From: a virus
Reading direction: 5' to 3' (one strand)
DNA length: 64,000 bases
Virus record (IMG/VR): IMGVR_UViG_3300045988_184255
The notes below the pieces were generated by a model. It ran no database searches. It was not told where the DNA came from and saw nothing but the letters and a program-made list of their open reading frames with translations. The first letter of the stretch is position 1. Each line of letters opens with the position of its first letter. The position numbers and the translations under genes were made by a program. Shown piece after piece: positions 53,074 to 63,136 of this stretch.

Positions 53074-54591
53074 TTATTCAGTTTTATCGTTCCCTCCGTC
53101 CGGCTTTTGTCGCAAACGCAAAACACGCCGGATGAATGGGCGGACGTATGTCTCGTCAGGTGCAAGGGAGTAGCCCAGCGCCTCCGCGTACTCCACCGCT
53201 TCGCGGGAGGGGGTTCTCCCCTCACCTACCTTACGGATAAAGCCCTGAATGGCTCTGGGAGCCTCCTCATAGGCTTCGTCGCCCTTGCGGGTGTATCCAC
53301 CCTTCCCTGTCGCTTCCGCGCCGTCGTAGACGTTCCTGAGGCGTCCTCCGCGACCGTAGTAGCTTATGGAAACATCATCAAACTTCCGGATACCCTTATC
53401 ATCGAGGGACAGGTACTTGATATGGTCGCTTAGGTGCGCCAGCAGCTCTGGACCTTTGCGCGTTACGGCACAGGCGTAGAGTGTCAGGATGAGCCTCTCG
53501 AAGTTTCCGTAAATGACTCTATCTTCCGAATCGAGGAAAATCGAAAAGAAGAACCCAGTCTTGGTATCATAGTACCCACTCAAGTCTCCCTCGCAGGTGT
53601 CCAGACGGTAAAGCATATAGATGGAATCACCGTATAGAGTTTCCTTGAGCAAGACCTTTCGGATGATGTCTTTATCGCTTGTGAACTCGAATACAGCACC
53701 GTTTGCAGGGAGCGTCGAGCTTCGTTTCGTTCGCAGCAGTTCATGCATCTCATCAGGCAGCATCGGAGGCAGCGCAACAATAGAAAAGAACTTATTTGCG
53801 ATGGCAGAAAAGCGGTTCTGCGGGAGTATGTCAAAGGTGTACTCATTGATGAGCGCCGCCATACTTGCAATCTGGTTGGAGAAGATTCTATCCACCTGCG
53901 TGTAGAGTTCTAAATCATCTGTGTTTTGGATATAGTCATATCCCCACTTACCGTAGATTTCCTTGATTTGAGCATTCAGTTCCAATGGGGAACGGATTTT
54001 CCCGTCGAGATGACGACGCTCCAGTTCAAAGGATGGTTTGTCCAAGAAGGGGTAGGTATCTTCCATAACCAGTAGTTCACCGGTTGTTTTCATACCGCAG
54101 ACGACCTTGGTCAAATCGAACTTGTCAGGGCGCAGGTATTCCGTCTGTTGCAGGAGGATACTGAAGTAACAGTACACCACATCAATATTGATGTTCGATT
54201 GATTCTCTTCCTTTGCGGTAAAGAGGAGCCGAGATGCGGCCATGAGGAAATCAAAGAACAAGGCGTACTCGGATTCCTTCTTGATTTTGTGAGCCGTAGC
54301 ATTGAAGAAGCTGTGCAGTCCCTTGATAAATTTGTCGGGATTGGCGCCGGCCAGCTCTACCTGAGACTCGTATAGCCGAGAAAACGCCTTGCCCTCGATG
54401 TCACTGCAGAAGAAATACAACGACGATGACAACTCCGAGAACGGAATATTTTGCAATGTACTCACAGTGACGACCGCAGTATTCATAGTCCTCCGCTGCA
54501 ATAGGTTTGCCGGTCCATAACCGTCACCGTATTTCCGGTCGAACCAGTTGCGCCACTTTTTTACGAGGGTGTAATCTGCATCCATTGCCAT
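53074..54591 (-). CDS. Protein of unknown function (505 aa)
   Basis: Long ORF; lower GC than its surroundings. Confidence 0.55.
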   Translation of the reverse strand: MAMDADYTLVKKWRNWFDRKYGDGYGPANLLQRRTMNTAVVTVSTLQNIPFSELSSSLYFFCSDIEGKAFSRLYESQVELAGANPDKFIKGLHSFFNATAHKIKKESEYALFFDFLMAASRLLFTAKEENQSNINIDVVYCYFSILLQQTEYLRPDKFDLTKVVCGMKTTGELLVMEDTYPFLDKPSFELERRHLDGKIRSPLELNAQIKEIYGKWGYDYIQNTDDLELYTQVDRIFSNQIASMAALINEYTFDILPQNRFSAIANKFFSIVALPPMLPDEMHELLRTKRSSTLPANGAVFEFTSDKDIIRKVLLKETLYGDSIYMLYRLDTCEGDLSGYYDTKTGFFFSIFLDSEDRVIYGNFERLILTLYACAVTRKGPELLAHLSDHIKYLSLDDKGIRKFDDVSISYYGRGGRLRNVYDGAEATGKGGYTRKGDEAYEEAPRAIQGFIRKVGEGRTPSREAVEYAEALGYSLAPDETYVRPFIRRVLRLRQKPDGGNDKTE

Positions 54592-54627
54592 TTCCGTCTA
54601 CACTCCTTTTGCTTTACGTCGTTCTTT

Positions 54628-55338
54628 TTATTTTACCCCATTAAAAGGAAAATTTCCACACGTTTCTTTTTCATATAACCGTTTTCTTATTTTGTCAGTT
54701 ATTCCAGTGGAAATCAAAACGCTATTCATTCTTTGCATTTCTTTGTATAATTCAGGTTTTGCGGCATTACAGTGACCAATAGGAAAGAGCACAATATTAC
54801 CCGTACAACAATTACCCTTAATATTCTTGAGCGCCGTTGTTGTACGTATATCATCCCATGCAGAAATTATGAACAAACGATATGCACTTATAAAGCGAGC
54901 CACAATTAAGGAATCTTTCGTTCCTACTTGCAGATTAAGCAAAGGCATTGCCATCAGTTCATATTGTTCCAATAAGTCAACTTTGTGTTTTAGCGCAGTA
55001 TTCATAAGCCAAGGGTCATCTTCAAAGTCTAAGAAACAATAATTATTAAAAATATTTACTAATGTCTGATATTCAAGGAGCCCTTCTGTATATGACCCAA
55101 TAGCATCTACAAACTCCTCAATACAAAAAGATGCATCCTGAACACATTGTAACAATCCTACTAAATCTCTTTTATATTGAATTGCCGTGCTTTCACGTAT
55201 CTGCTTACGTGTTTCTATTAAGGAGAAATAAGCAATAACAAGCGAAATCATCGCAACAATGGGTGTAGCCAAATCAGCAATTAAACATATTTGCTCATAA
55301 GTAAAAAATGGCAACATGATTGGCACATACAAAAGCAT
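54628..55338 (-). CDS. Membrane protein of unknown function (236 aa), AT-rich gene
   Basis: N-terminal TM helices; markedly AT-rich codons. Confidence 0.5.
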   Translation of the reverse strand: MLLYVPIMLPFFTYEQICLIADLATPIVAMISLVIAYFSLIETRKQIRESTAIQYKRDLVGLLQCVQDASFCIEEFVDAIGSYTEGLLEYQTLVNIFNNYCFLDFEDDPWLMNTALKHKVDLLEQYELMAMPLLNLQVGTKDSLIVARFISAYRLFIISAWDDIRTTTALKNIKGNCCTGNIVLFPIGHCNAAKPELYKEMQRMNSVLISTGITDKIRKRLYEKETCGNFPFNGVK

Positions 55339-55457
55339 ATAGAGTCATCCTTTCTATAAAATTATAATAGGAGCATGAGCACTTTTTACAGGCTCATGCT
55401 CCCGTTATAGACCTTCTCTTTTTAGTAGTTACGAATAAGCAAGGATACGGCCTAAAC

Positions 55458-55838
55458 CTACTCGGCATCATCCTCTTTGCGCCGGAAGTCTGAATTGGGC
55501 TGATTTGCTTCATCCTTAGCCCTATTATTGCTTTTCTTAAAAGCAATAATCCCACAGACCAATCCTCCGATAGCGAAGATAGGCATAAGCACTCCGAGGG
55601 CACCGATAATACAACAGCCAACACCTACGCTGCTGAGGATAATAACAGTCTTGTTGTTAGCCTTAATGCCGCGTACCAAACCGATAATAGAAAATACGGC
55701 ACCTACGCAAAGAATAAGGTAGAAAATGATTGCCACTACAATGAGTCCACCAGTCAATGCAAGCAATGTGTCAGTAGGAAAAGACTGAACACCATTGACA
55801 ATAACATCGCTTCCATTCCCACCATAAGGAAAATCCAT
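55458..55838 (-). CDS. Small membrane protein (126 aa, about 4 TM)
   Basis: Start at MDFPYGG (ATG 55838); hydrophobic segments. Confidence 0.4.
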   Translation of the reverse strand: MDFPYGGNGSDVIVNGVQSFPTDTLLALTGGLIVVAIIFYLILCVGAVFSIIGLVRGIKANNKTVIILSSVGVGCCIIGALGVLMPIFAIGGLVCGIIAFKKSNNRAKDEANQPNSDFRRKEDDAE

Positions 55839-55960
55839 AGTTTTACTCTCTTTCCGGGGAGGTCCACTCCCCTGCTTTTTATTTTTGTAAAAACAGGGGC
55901 GCAGGCACAAGGTCTGCGCCCCTGAATTCACTTTTGAGTGATGCTCAGGCGGGGTTATGC

Positions 55961-58900
55961 TTACTCGGCGAACTGCTCCTTCTTGCGACGGAACATGAAC
56001 ATCGCCGTAGCGCAGCAAGCGATGGCACTGAACGTACCCAGCATAGCCCACAGGCCGATGCCTTCATCGCCGGTCTGGACGCTATCGCGGAAGTACACCG
56101 TCTGAGCGCCGTCCATCAGGTCGTTGTGCGTTGCAATGACATTGCCGGCTTCGGCCTTGCCTTCGTACAGTGTCTCGAACACAACGATGGCGTGGTCCTT
56201 CAGCTTGGATGCGTCGAACTTGAACGTAACGTTCACAGCGCCATTGGCGGACTTGGGAGTGAAGGTGGTGGAGGCGGTAATCAGGTTGCCGTTGTTGTCC
56301 TTCAGGGCAACGCCGGTATCCTTATCCATCAGCGTACCAACCAGCACGTAGGTCTTACCCACGGTCAGGCCGGTGTAGTTGACAGTATCCACGATTTTCA
56401 CGTTCTTGCCAGCCACGGAGTTCTTCTTGTCCTTGCCGTCGAAGGTGGCAGTCGTAGAGATGCTCGGACCGGAATAGGTCGGGATGCGCTTGATGGTCAC
56501 AGTCTGGTCAACATCGTTGATGTCGGTGTGCGTAGCGACCGTAGTGCCATTGCGGGTCAGAGTCTCGAACACGACCAGCGTCTTGCCGCCCAGAATGGAC
56601 GCATCGAACACGAAGCTCACATCCACAGTACCGTCAGCAGACTTAGCCTCGAACTCGGTAGTAGCGGTGATTTCCTTGTTGTTGCGGCCCAGAACGGGCT
56701 TGCCGGTGGCCTTATCCATCAGAGTACCTGTCACGGTATACTTGTTACCAGCAATCAGGCCCTTATAGGACACGGTATCAATCAGTTCAACCTTGCTGTA
56801 GGCCCAGAATTCCTTCTTGCCATCAGCAGCGTTCTTGGCAGAGGTCTTGATTTCGGGATTATTGACGGTCACGGTCTGGTCAGCATCATTGATGTCGGCG
56901 TGGACAGCGATTTCAATATCCTTGTACTGCAGGGACTCGAACACGACGATGGACTCGCCACGCAGCAGAGAAGCGTCGAGGACGAAGATGACGTCCACGG
57001 TGCCCTTGGAAGCCTCGGCGGTGAAGGTGGTGGAAGCGGTAATTTCCTTACCGTCCTTATCCTTCAGAGGCTCGTTGGTGGCCTTGTTCATCAGCTTACC
57101 GGAGACAGTGTACTTCTCACCGACAATCAGGCCGGAGTAAGACACGGTATCCTTGATTTCAGCGCGAGCTTCGGGGTCAAGAGTCTTGCCGTTGGTGGCG
57201 TTGTTCACGGCCTTGGTGCCGATTTCGGGAACGCCGATGGTAACGGTCTGGCCCTCATCGTTGATGTCCTCATGGCTCACAAACACGGGCTTATCGGAGT
57301 CACCGGGAACAATCTCGTTGCCCAGATACACACGCTCGAATACCACCAGAGACTTGCCGGCCAGCTCAGTGGCATTGAAGACGAACTTCACGTCCACAGT
57401 GTCAGTAGCCTGCTCAGGAGTGAACACCTTGTAGGCGGTAATGGGCTCGCCCTTGGCATCGGTGACGGGCTTACCGGTTGCCTTATCCATCAGAGTACCG
57501 ATAGCAATGAACTCCTTGCCCACAGGCATATTCTCATAGGAGATGGTATCAACCAGAATCACATCGTCCAGAGGCATAAATTCCTTGCCGCCGGCGGAGT
57601 TCTTCGCGGTAGTACCAATCTTGGGATTCAGGACGGTCACGGTCTGGTCAACATCGTTGATGTCGGCATGAGTAGCAACGACCTTCTCACCACGCTTCAG
57701 GTCCTCGAAAGCAACGAGGGACTCGCCGCCCAGCAGAGAAGCATCGAAGGTGAACTCCAGCTCCACATAGCCGGTAAAGTCAGCCTCGGCCTTGAAGGTC
57801 TTGGAAGCAGTGATGCGGTTGCCCTGAGCATCCAGCAGAGGCTCACCGGTGGACTTGACCACCAGATAGCCCTCGACCGTATAGGTCTTGTTGGGGATGA
57901 CATCAGTGCATTCCACCTTATCAATGATAGTGACGGAGGTGGAAGGAATGATTTCCTTGTTGCCGTCCTTATCGGTGGCAGTGGTCTTGACCTTGGGGGT
58001 CACGGCCTCATCCTCAGCGACGATGCTCACGGTCACAAGACCGGTCTCAGCGTCCAGAGAGATGGTGTCGGGAGTGACGTCGAAGCGGATGGGAGTGTCC
58101 ATCAGCTCGTAGCCCTTGGGGGCCTTGGTCTCGACCAGATGATAGCCCTCACCATAAGGCAGGACCAGAGGAGTCACAAAGTAACCCTCGTCATTGGTCA
58201 CGAATGTATCAATATACTTGACAGTGGGATAAGTGACCTTCTGAGACACCTTGTTGCCATCGGGGTCATAAATCTGGAACTCAGCGCCGCCCCAAGGAAT
58301 GACTTCGCCATCGAACTCATCGACCTTCACAACGCGCAGATACGCAGTGATGGGGCCGTTGTTGACAGCCAAATCATGATGGTCACGGTCAACTTCGCCA
58401 ACCAGAACGGTGAACTCAGGCGCGAGCCCCGCACCCTTATCCCCGGCCTTGGTCTGATGCACCACATAGGTGCCGTAGGGCAGCTCGATGGACTTGCCGC
58501 TGTAACCCAAGTCGTTGGTCGTCAGGATACCGCGCTCGTCATCCTTAGCGTTCTCGTAAGAGCCGGCGGACTGCAGCCAATACTTGAACTCTGCACCGCC
58601 CTCGAACTTAGCGGGACCGGAGGTGCCGTCGGAGATGAACTTGGTGATGGCGAAGGTGCCGCGATTGATGACCTCGACAGAGGTAATCTGGGGAGCAACG
58701 TTGTGTTCGATACGGTAGTTCTCCGGCTCGGCGCCGACGCGATACACGCCCTCATCAATCTGATAGCCAGTGGGCGCCTTGATTTCACGGATGGTGTAAT
58801 CATAGCCGCAGATGTACTCGTCAGTGGTGAACTTGCCATCGCTGCCGATAACGTACTCCTTCACCAGCTCGTCACCCTTATACAGACCGTACACAGCACC

Positions 58901-61654
58901 CTCAAAGACACCATCGCCGCGAGGGATGTTGCCAGTCTCAGCGTCCGTCTTCTCCACAGTGACCTTCCACTTCTTCAGTACGTTGGTCACAGCGGTGTCG
59001 GTAACTTTCTGGAACTCCACAGCGAGACCTGTCTGCACGGCAGGAATAACATACTTCACCGCCGTATCGACTTCCTCCAGCGTGTAGTTATTGCCAATCA
59101 GGACATCCTTGAAGATGGCAACGCCGTCAGCGTTGGTGGTAGCGGTCATATCCACAGCATCGCCGGAAATGGCCGTGCCGTACAGACGGAAGGTAATACC
59201 CTCGACCAGACCATCCTCGGAGGTCTTGGTCACGCGCAGGTCGCCGCGCTTGAGCTTGTTGTAGACTTCCACATCAGTGGTGTTGCCCAGCGTCACCTTG
59301 ACGCCAGCCTTTACCTCAGGAACAACGTACTTCGCAGCGGTGTTGACTTCTTCAACGCTGTAATTGTTGCCAATCAGAACGTTATTGAAAGTAGCGATAC
59401 CGTTTGCGTCAGTAACAGCGGTCATATCAACGGTCTCGCCGTTGATGGCCGTACCGTACAGCCGGAACGTGATACCGGCGGTCTTGCCGTCCTCAGAGGT
59501 CTTCTTGACCTCAACGGCACCGCGAGCCAGCTTGTTCTCAAACTGCAGGTTTGTCGTCTTGTTCAGAGAAATGGTTACGCCCTCCTGAATGGCAGGAACA
59601 ACGTATCTCTCAGCGGTGTTGATTTCCTGAACAGTGTAGTTGTTACCGATAAGGATATCCTTGAACAGAATCACACCGTTCTCATCGGTGGTAGCTGTCT
59701 CGTTGACAGCAGCACCGGAGATGGAAGTACCGGACAGGCGGAAAGTCATACCGGACACGAAGCCATCCTCAGAAGTCTTCGTGATTTTCAGATTGCCGCG
59801 AGCCAGCTTGTTCTCGAACTTGGCTTCAGTGGCGGCGTTGTACTCGACAACAACACCAGCCTGAACTTCAGGAACCACATACTTTGCAGCGGTATTGATT
59901 TCCTCAAGTTTGTAGTTTTTACCAATAGGAACGTTGTTGAAAGTGGCAACGCCGTTCGCATCGGTAGTAGCGGTCATGTTCACGGACGTACCGGCGGCGG
60001 AAGTGCCGGACAGCCGGAAGGTATGACCGGCAACCTGACCATCCTCAGACATCTTTGTAATCTTGACAGTGCCCTTCTTCAGAACGTTGTTGAAGCTCGC
60101 TGTCTTGACGTCTCCGATTGCGATGGTCACAGTCTGAGATGTCGTCGGAATGTAGTTTTCCGACGTCTTCTCTGTCACAGTGTACGTACCGGGCTGCAGG
60201 TCAGCAATGGTGATTTTGCCGTTGGCAGCAGTCGTCACGGTTTTATTGAAACCGTTGGGACCGGTCACGGTGAAGCTCACGCCGCTGACCTTGCCATCCT
60301 CAGAGGTCTTGGCAATGGTCAGGTCGCCGGTGGTCTTCGTGACCTTGGCGCGGACGTAGGCAGTAACGGGGTCAGGTGTACCGTTAAGGGCAACGCAGTC
60401 CTGCTTGCTGCCACCTGCGACGAGAAGGTAAGCATTGACGCTGTCGGGGTCAATCACATTGCCCTCGGAAGCATACGATACAATACCGTTCAGCATATTC
60501 TTTGCAGCTTCAGGGGTGGCAGTAATTGTCAGGCTGTTTCCACTCTGGAAGGTGCTCACACCGGGCAGGCCAAACTCGAAGTCGTCAAAATTTCTCAGGA
60601 CTCTATTTGTGTCGGTTCTTGTCAACGACCAAGAAGTGCCGTCCCAAGCCAACTCGAAATCATTATATGTAGAGCGAGGATTAGGTACAGCAAAACTCGG
60701 TATAACGGTCTGCTGGTTAATCTTGTCCCAAATATAATCATGTGCCGCCTTGATAGGCTCTGCAACAGAGGCATCATAGGAATGGCCGGGACCCACAAAC
60801 AGGTCACTCAGGTCTCTGTAGCCACCAACGATTTCCCAGATAACTTCCTGTGTGGCACACCACGCATAAGTGCCGTTGCCAGCATACCAGAGCAATGTCG
60901 AGTCGTCTACCCCACCGTAGCCATAGGCAAGCGCAAGGCGAACCCGCTGGTCTCCCCAATACGCGCTGGCGTCAACGGAGGTGCCGGAGCCGGGTGCGCC
61001 CTTGTGAGGTTCGATACAATAAGCGGGCTGGCCGTTGAAATATTTTACAACAGCGCTTGTATACGGCTCAAATGCTGACAGCCACGTACTGTTGTAACTC
61101 ATATCGTCACCGGTCGTAATGGTTCCGGAGGAACGAGCGGGTGCTCTCATGGCACTGATAGCTCTGGGTGCGTTCTGCGCTGACCCGTAAAGGACGGAAA
61201 CGCTCACGGGAGTGTCCCCACCCGCATAAGGGTCGGAAACTTCTTCGCTTACAGAAACCTTATCAGATTCCTTCTTTCCGTCCTCAGACTTTCCAGCGTT
61301 AGACTGAACAGGTTGCTCATCCTTAGAAGAGTTATCCTTGGAAACGTCCTTTTTTTCTTCGTCTCCATTGCTTGCGACATCCTTATCAGCGTCGCTCTTA
61401 CCCTCAACGGCAGGAGCCTCGGCATCCTTCTTACCATCATCGGGAGTCTTCGTGTCTTCTGTGGCGTTATAGACCAAATCGCCATCGCCAGAATCAGTCT
61501 TCCCAACCTCTACAGGGTCAGAAACACTTTCGACAACGACCGAATTGCTGCCGCCATCCGCATCCGCTGCATACACGGACGTCGGGAGCAATCCAACCAC
61601 CATCACCAGCGTCAGCAACATAGCTACTACGCCACGCAGCTTCTTGTGTTTCAT
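55961..61654 (-). CDS. Giant cell-wall-anchored surface adhesin (1,897 aa): signal peptide, acidic region, about 5-6 Cna-B/SpaA-type Ig-like repeats, about 6 VaFE-type repeats, C-terminal sorting-signal-like tail
   Basis: N-terminal MKHKKLRGVVAMLLTLVMVVGLLPTSVYA; repeats TFRLSGTS..G..V..TATTD.NGVA.F..V.IG.NY...E; repeats ..VVFE.L.....A.H.DINDVDQTVTV; C-terminal VQTGDEG plus hydrophobic stretch plus RRKKEQ. Confidence 0.8.
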   Translation of the reverse strand: MKHKKLRGVVAMLLTLVMVVGLLPTSVYAADADGGSNSVVVESVSDPVEVGKTDSGDGDLVYNATEDTKTPDDGKKDAEAPAVEGKSDADKDVASNGDEEKKDVSKDNSSKDEQPVQSNAGKSEDGKKESDKVSVSEEVSDPYAGGDTPVSVSVLYGSAQNAPRAISAMRAPARSSGTITTGDDMSYNSTWLSAFEPYTSAVVKYFNGQPAYCIEPHKGAPGSGTSVDASAYWGDQRVRLALAYGYGGVDDSTLLWYAGNGTYAWCATQEVIWEIVGGYRDLSDLFVGPGHSYDASVAEPIKAAHDYIWDKINQQTVIPSFAVPNPRSTYNDFELAWDGTSWSLTRTDTNRVLRNFDDFEFGLPGVSTFQSGNSLTITATPEAAKNMLNGIVSYASEGNVIDPDSVNAYLLVAGGSKQDCVALNGTPDPVTAYVRAKVTKTTGDLTIAKTSEDGKVSGVSFTVTGPNGFNKTVTTAANGKITIADLQPGTYTVTEKTSENYIPTTSQTVTIAIGDVKTASFNNVLKKGTVKITKMSEDGQVAGHTFRLSGTSAAGTSVNMTATTDANGVATFNNVPIGKNYKLEEINTAAKYVVPEVQAGVVVEYNAATEAKFENKLARGNLKITKTSEDGFVSGMTFRLSGTSISGAAVNETATTDENGVILFKDILIGNNYTVQEINTAERYVVPAIQEGVTISLNKTTNLQFENKLARGAVEVKKTSEDGKTAGITFRLYGTAINGETVDMTAVTDANGIATFNNVLIGNNYSVEEVNTAAKYVVPEVKAGVKVTLGNTTDVEVYNKLKRGDLRVTKTSEDGLVEGITFRLYGTAISGDAVDMTATTNADGVAIFKDVLIGNNYTLEEVDTAVKYVIPAVQTGLAVEFQKVTDTAVTNVLKKWKVTVEKTDAETGNIPRGDGVFEGAVYGLYKGDELVKEYVIGSDGKFTTDEYICGYDYTIREIKAPTGYQIDEGVYRVGAEPENYRIEHNVAPQITSVEVINRGTFAITKFISDGTSGPAKFEGGAEFKYWLQSAGSYENAKDDERGILTTNDLGYSGKSIELPYGTYVVHQTKAGDKGAGLAPEFTVLVGEVDRDHHDLAVNNGPITAYLRVVKVDEFDGEVIPWGGAEFQIYDPDGNKVSQKVTYPTVKYIDTFVTNDEGYFVTPLVLPYGEGYHLVETKAPKGYELMDTPIRFDVTPDTISLDAETGLVTVSIVAEDEAVTPKVKTTATDKDGNKEIIPSTSVTIIDKVECTDVIPNKTYTVEGYLVVKSTGEPLLDAQGNRITASKTFKAEADFTGYVELEFTFDASLLGGESLVAFEDLKRGEKVVATHADINDVDQTVTVLNPKIGTTAKNSAGGKEFMPLDDVILVDTISYENMPVGKEFIAIGTLMDKATGKPVTDAKGEPITAYKVFTPEQATDTVDVKFVFNATELAGKSLVVFERVYLGNEIVPGDSDKPVFVSHEDINDEGQTVTIGVPEIGTKAVNNATNGKTLDPEARAEIKDTVSYSGLIVGEKYTVSGKLMNKATNEPLKDKDGKEITASTTFTAEASKGTVDVIFVLDASLLRGESIVVFESLQYKDIEIAVHADINDADQTVTVNNPEIKTSAKNAADGKKEFWAYSKVELIDTVSYKGLIAGNKYTVTGTLMDKATGKPVLGRNNKEITATTEFEAKSADGTVDVSFVFDASILGGKTLVVFETLTRNGTTVATHTDINDVDQTVTIKRIPTYSGPSISTTATFDGKDKKNSVAGKNVKIVDTVNYTGLTVGKTYVLVGTLMDKDTGVALKDNNGNLITASTTFTPKSANGAVNVTFKFDASKLKDHAIVVFETLYEGKAEAGNVIATHNDLMDGAQTVYFRDSVQTGDEGIGLWAMLGTFSAIACCATAMFMFRRKKEQFAE
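56100..58250 (-). repeat. Tandem in-frame DNA repeats (about 375 nt period) encoding VaFE-type domains
   Basis: Recurring cggtctggtcaacatcgttgatgtcggtgtg-like blocks at 56498, 56870, 57247, 57636. Confidence 0.6.
58960..60360 (-). repeat. Tandem in-frame repeats (about 285 nt period) encoding Cna-B-type domains
   Basis: Recurring gttgccaatcaggacatccttgaagatggcaacgcc-like blocks near 59080, 59370, 59640, 59920. Confidence 0.6.
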
Positions 61655-61856
61655 GGTTTTTGAAATCTCCTTTCAAAAATTTTGAAGATTAACCGGCCAA
61701 TCGACCTTTACACGAATACAACATTTTGCCAAGTTCGAGATGTGAAAAAGGTAGGAGGCCGACGCTCTCCATAATCCCATAGTAGCATATTCGATTATAT
61801 TGTCAACACATCTGAAGCTGCAAATTTTTTGATGTTTTATAAAGAGTTCAAAGCAA

Positions 61857-61890
61857 AAAAAGCAGCGGCATCGCCGCTGCTTTTCTAAAT
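61857..61890 (-). terminator. Rho-independent terminator for the minus-strand lipoprotein genes (gcagcggcgatgccgctgc plus T7 on the minus strand)
   Basis: GC hairpin followed by T-run in the minus orientation. Confidence 0.6.
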
Positions 61891-61904
61891 TTAATTGAAA
61901 CTTG

Positions 61905-63107
61905 TTACGCTGCGTAGTAAACGTAAATCTCATGGTATCCAGCAGAGGCGTTCCAATTAACGACACAGTTGATACTCATAACGTAGCGAGGGTCTTCGGG
62001 GTGCCAGCGGCCCGCAGCATCAACACGTTCTTTCACGTAGTCAACAGCCTGCTTTATTGTAGATTCGACCCACTCCTGATTCCAACAGGACTCAGGGCAA
62101 TCGCGTTCCAAATAAATGGGAGGAAAATAACTCCGTGCGCCATCCCAGTTATCAGTGAAACCAATACTAATGGCGTATTCGTTACCTACGCGCATCGCCT
62201 TATCACAGTCGATATCAGCCTTAGTAGGCTTTGTAGGCTTGGTGGGTTCAGTGGGAGTAGTAGAACCGCCACCAGTGGAACCGCTGTTGTCGTCAGAGGG
62301 CTTGCCGGGAGTAGTGCTGCCACCGTTGTTGCCAGTGTTACCGGTGTTACCAGTATTGCCGGTGTTGCCGCCGGAGGGCTGGTCAGGCGTGGTAGTCTGC
62401 TTGTTGTTCTGGTAGTAGGCCCAAGCCTCGTCAGCGGTACGACCGCCGGCTGCCTTCTTGGAACCCGCGCCCCACTGACCATCAGCGGTCACGCCATACC
62501 AACGCTGCAGCTCCTTCACCTGAGCAGTAGTCAGGCTGCCGTTGTCATAGCTGGGAGTAGAGGGCTTCTGAGAGGGAGTCTCCGTCTTGGTGTCATTCTT
62601 GGTATCGCTCTTGTTGTCAGACTTGTTATCCGTCTTCGTGTCGGTCTTTGTGTCCGTCTTGGAGGTATCCTGCTTATTGTCAGCGGGCTTCTTCTCATCC
62701 TTCTTGGACTCGTCAACCTTGGTCTCGGTCTTCTTGTCGTCGGCCTTGACCTCATCCTTGGCATCGGTCTTATCCTCGGTCTTCTGAGCATCATCGACCT
62801 TGGGTTCCTCCGCCTTCTCATCTGTCACGTTTCCGGACTGCTCGACATAAGCGGTGATATTCTCCGCCTTGACGACCACATTGCCATCCGCATCCAGCAC
62901 ATTGCCGTCCGCATCCAGCGTGAAGTCGGTCACTGCCTTGCCGTCCTTGTCCACCAGAACCTTTTCGCCGGTCTCAGTCGTCTGCACGTAGCATCCGATT
63001 TCCTCGCCGGTCTTGGTTTCCTCGCTGGCCTTGTTGCCACAGGCCACCAAACTCATGGTCATCACCAGAGCCAGCAGCAGGGCCATAAAATTCTTCATCT
63101 TTTTCAT
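61905..63107 (-). CDS. Lipoprotein with low-complexity K/T/D and GNT repeats, peptidoglycan-binding-like domain and C-terminal Cys-containing domain (about 400 aa)
   Basis: Lipobox LVACG; KTDTKTDTKTDNKSDNKSD; GNTGNTGNTGNTGNNGG; LQRWYGVTADGQWGAGSKKA resembles PG_binding_1; start at ATG 63107, 9 nt after AAAGGA. Confidence 0.6.
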   Translation of the reverse strand: MKKMKNFMALLLALVMTMSLVACGNKASEETKTGEEIGCYVQTTETGEKVLVDKDGKAVTDFTLDADGNVLDADGNVVVKAENITAYVEQSGNVTDEKAEEPKVDDAQKTEDKTDAKDEVKADDKKTETKVDESKKDEKKPADNKQDTSKTDTKTDTKTDNKSDNKSDTKNDTKTETPSQKPSTPSYDNGSLTTAQVKELQRWYGVTADGQWGAGSKKAAGGRTADEAWAYYQNNKQTTTPDQPSGGNTGNTGNTGNTGNNGGSTTPGKPSDDNSGSTGGGSTTPTEPTKPTKPTKADIDCDKAMRVGNEYAISIGFTDNWDGARSYFPPIYLERDCPESCWNQEWVESTIKQAVDYVKERVDAAGRWHPEDPRYVMSINCVVNWNASAGYHEIYVYYAA

Positions 63108-63136
63108 TGTCATAGTTCCTTTCTTCGCCGTGTATT

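Noticed and set aside
55934-61078. 1,714 aa ORF on the + strand
   Set aside because: It is the antisense frame of the adhesin gene. Its product is low-complexity G/V/L-rich sequence, it has no RBS, and the minus-strand frame carries a signal peptide, recognisable Ig/VaFE repeats and a sorting signal.
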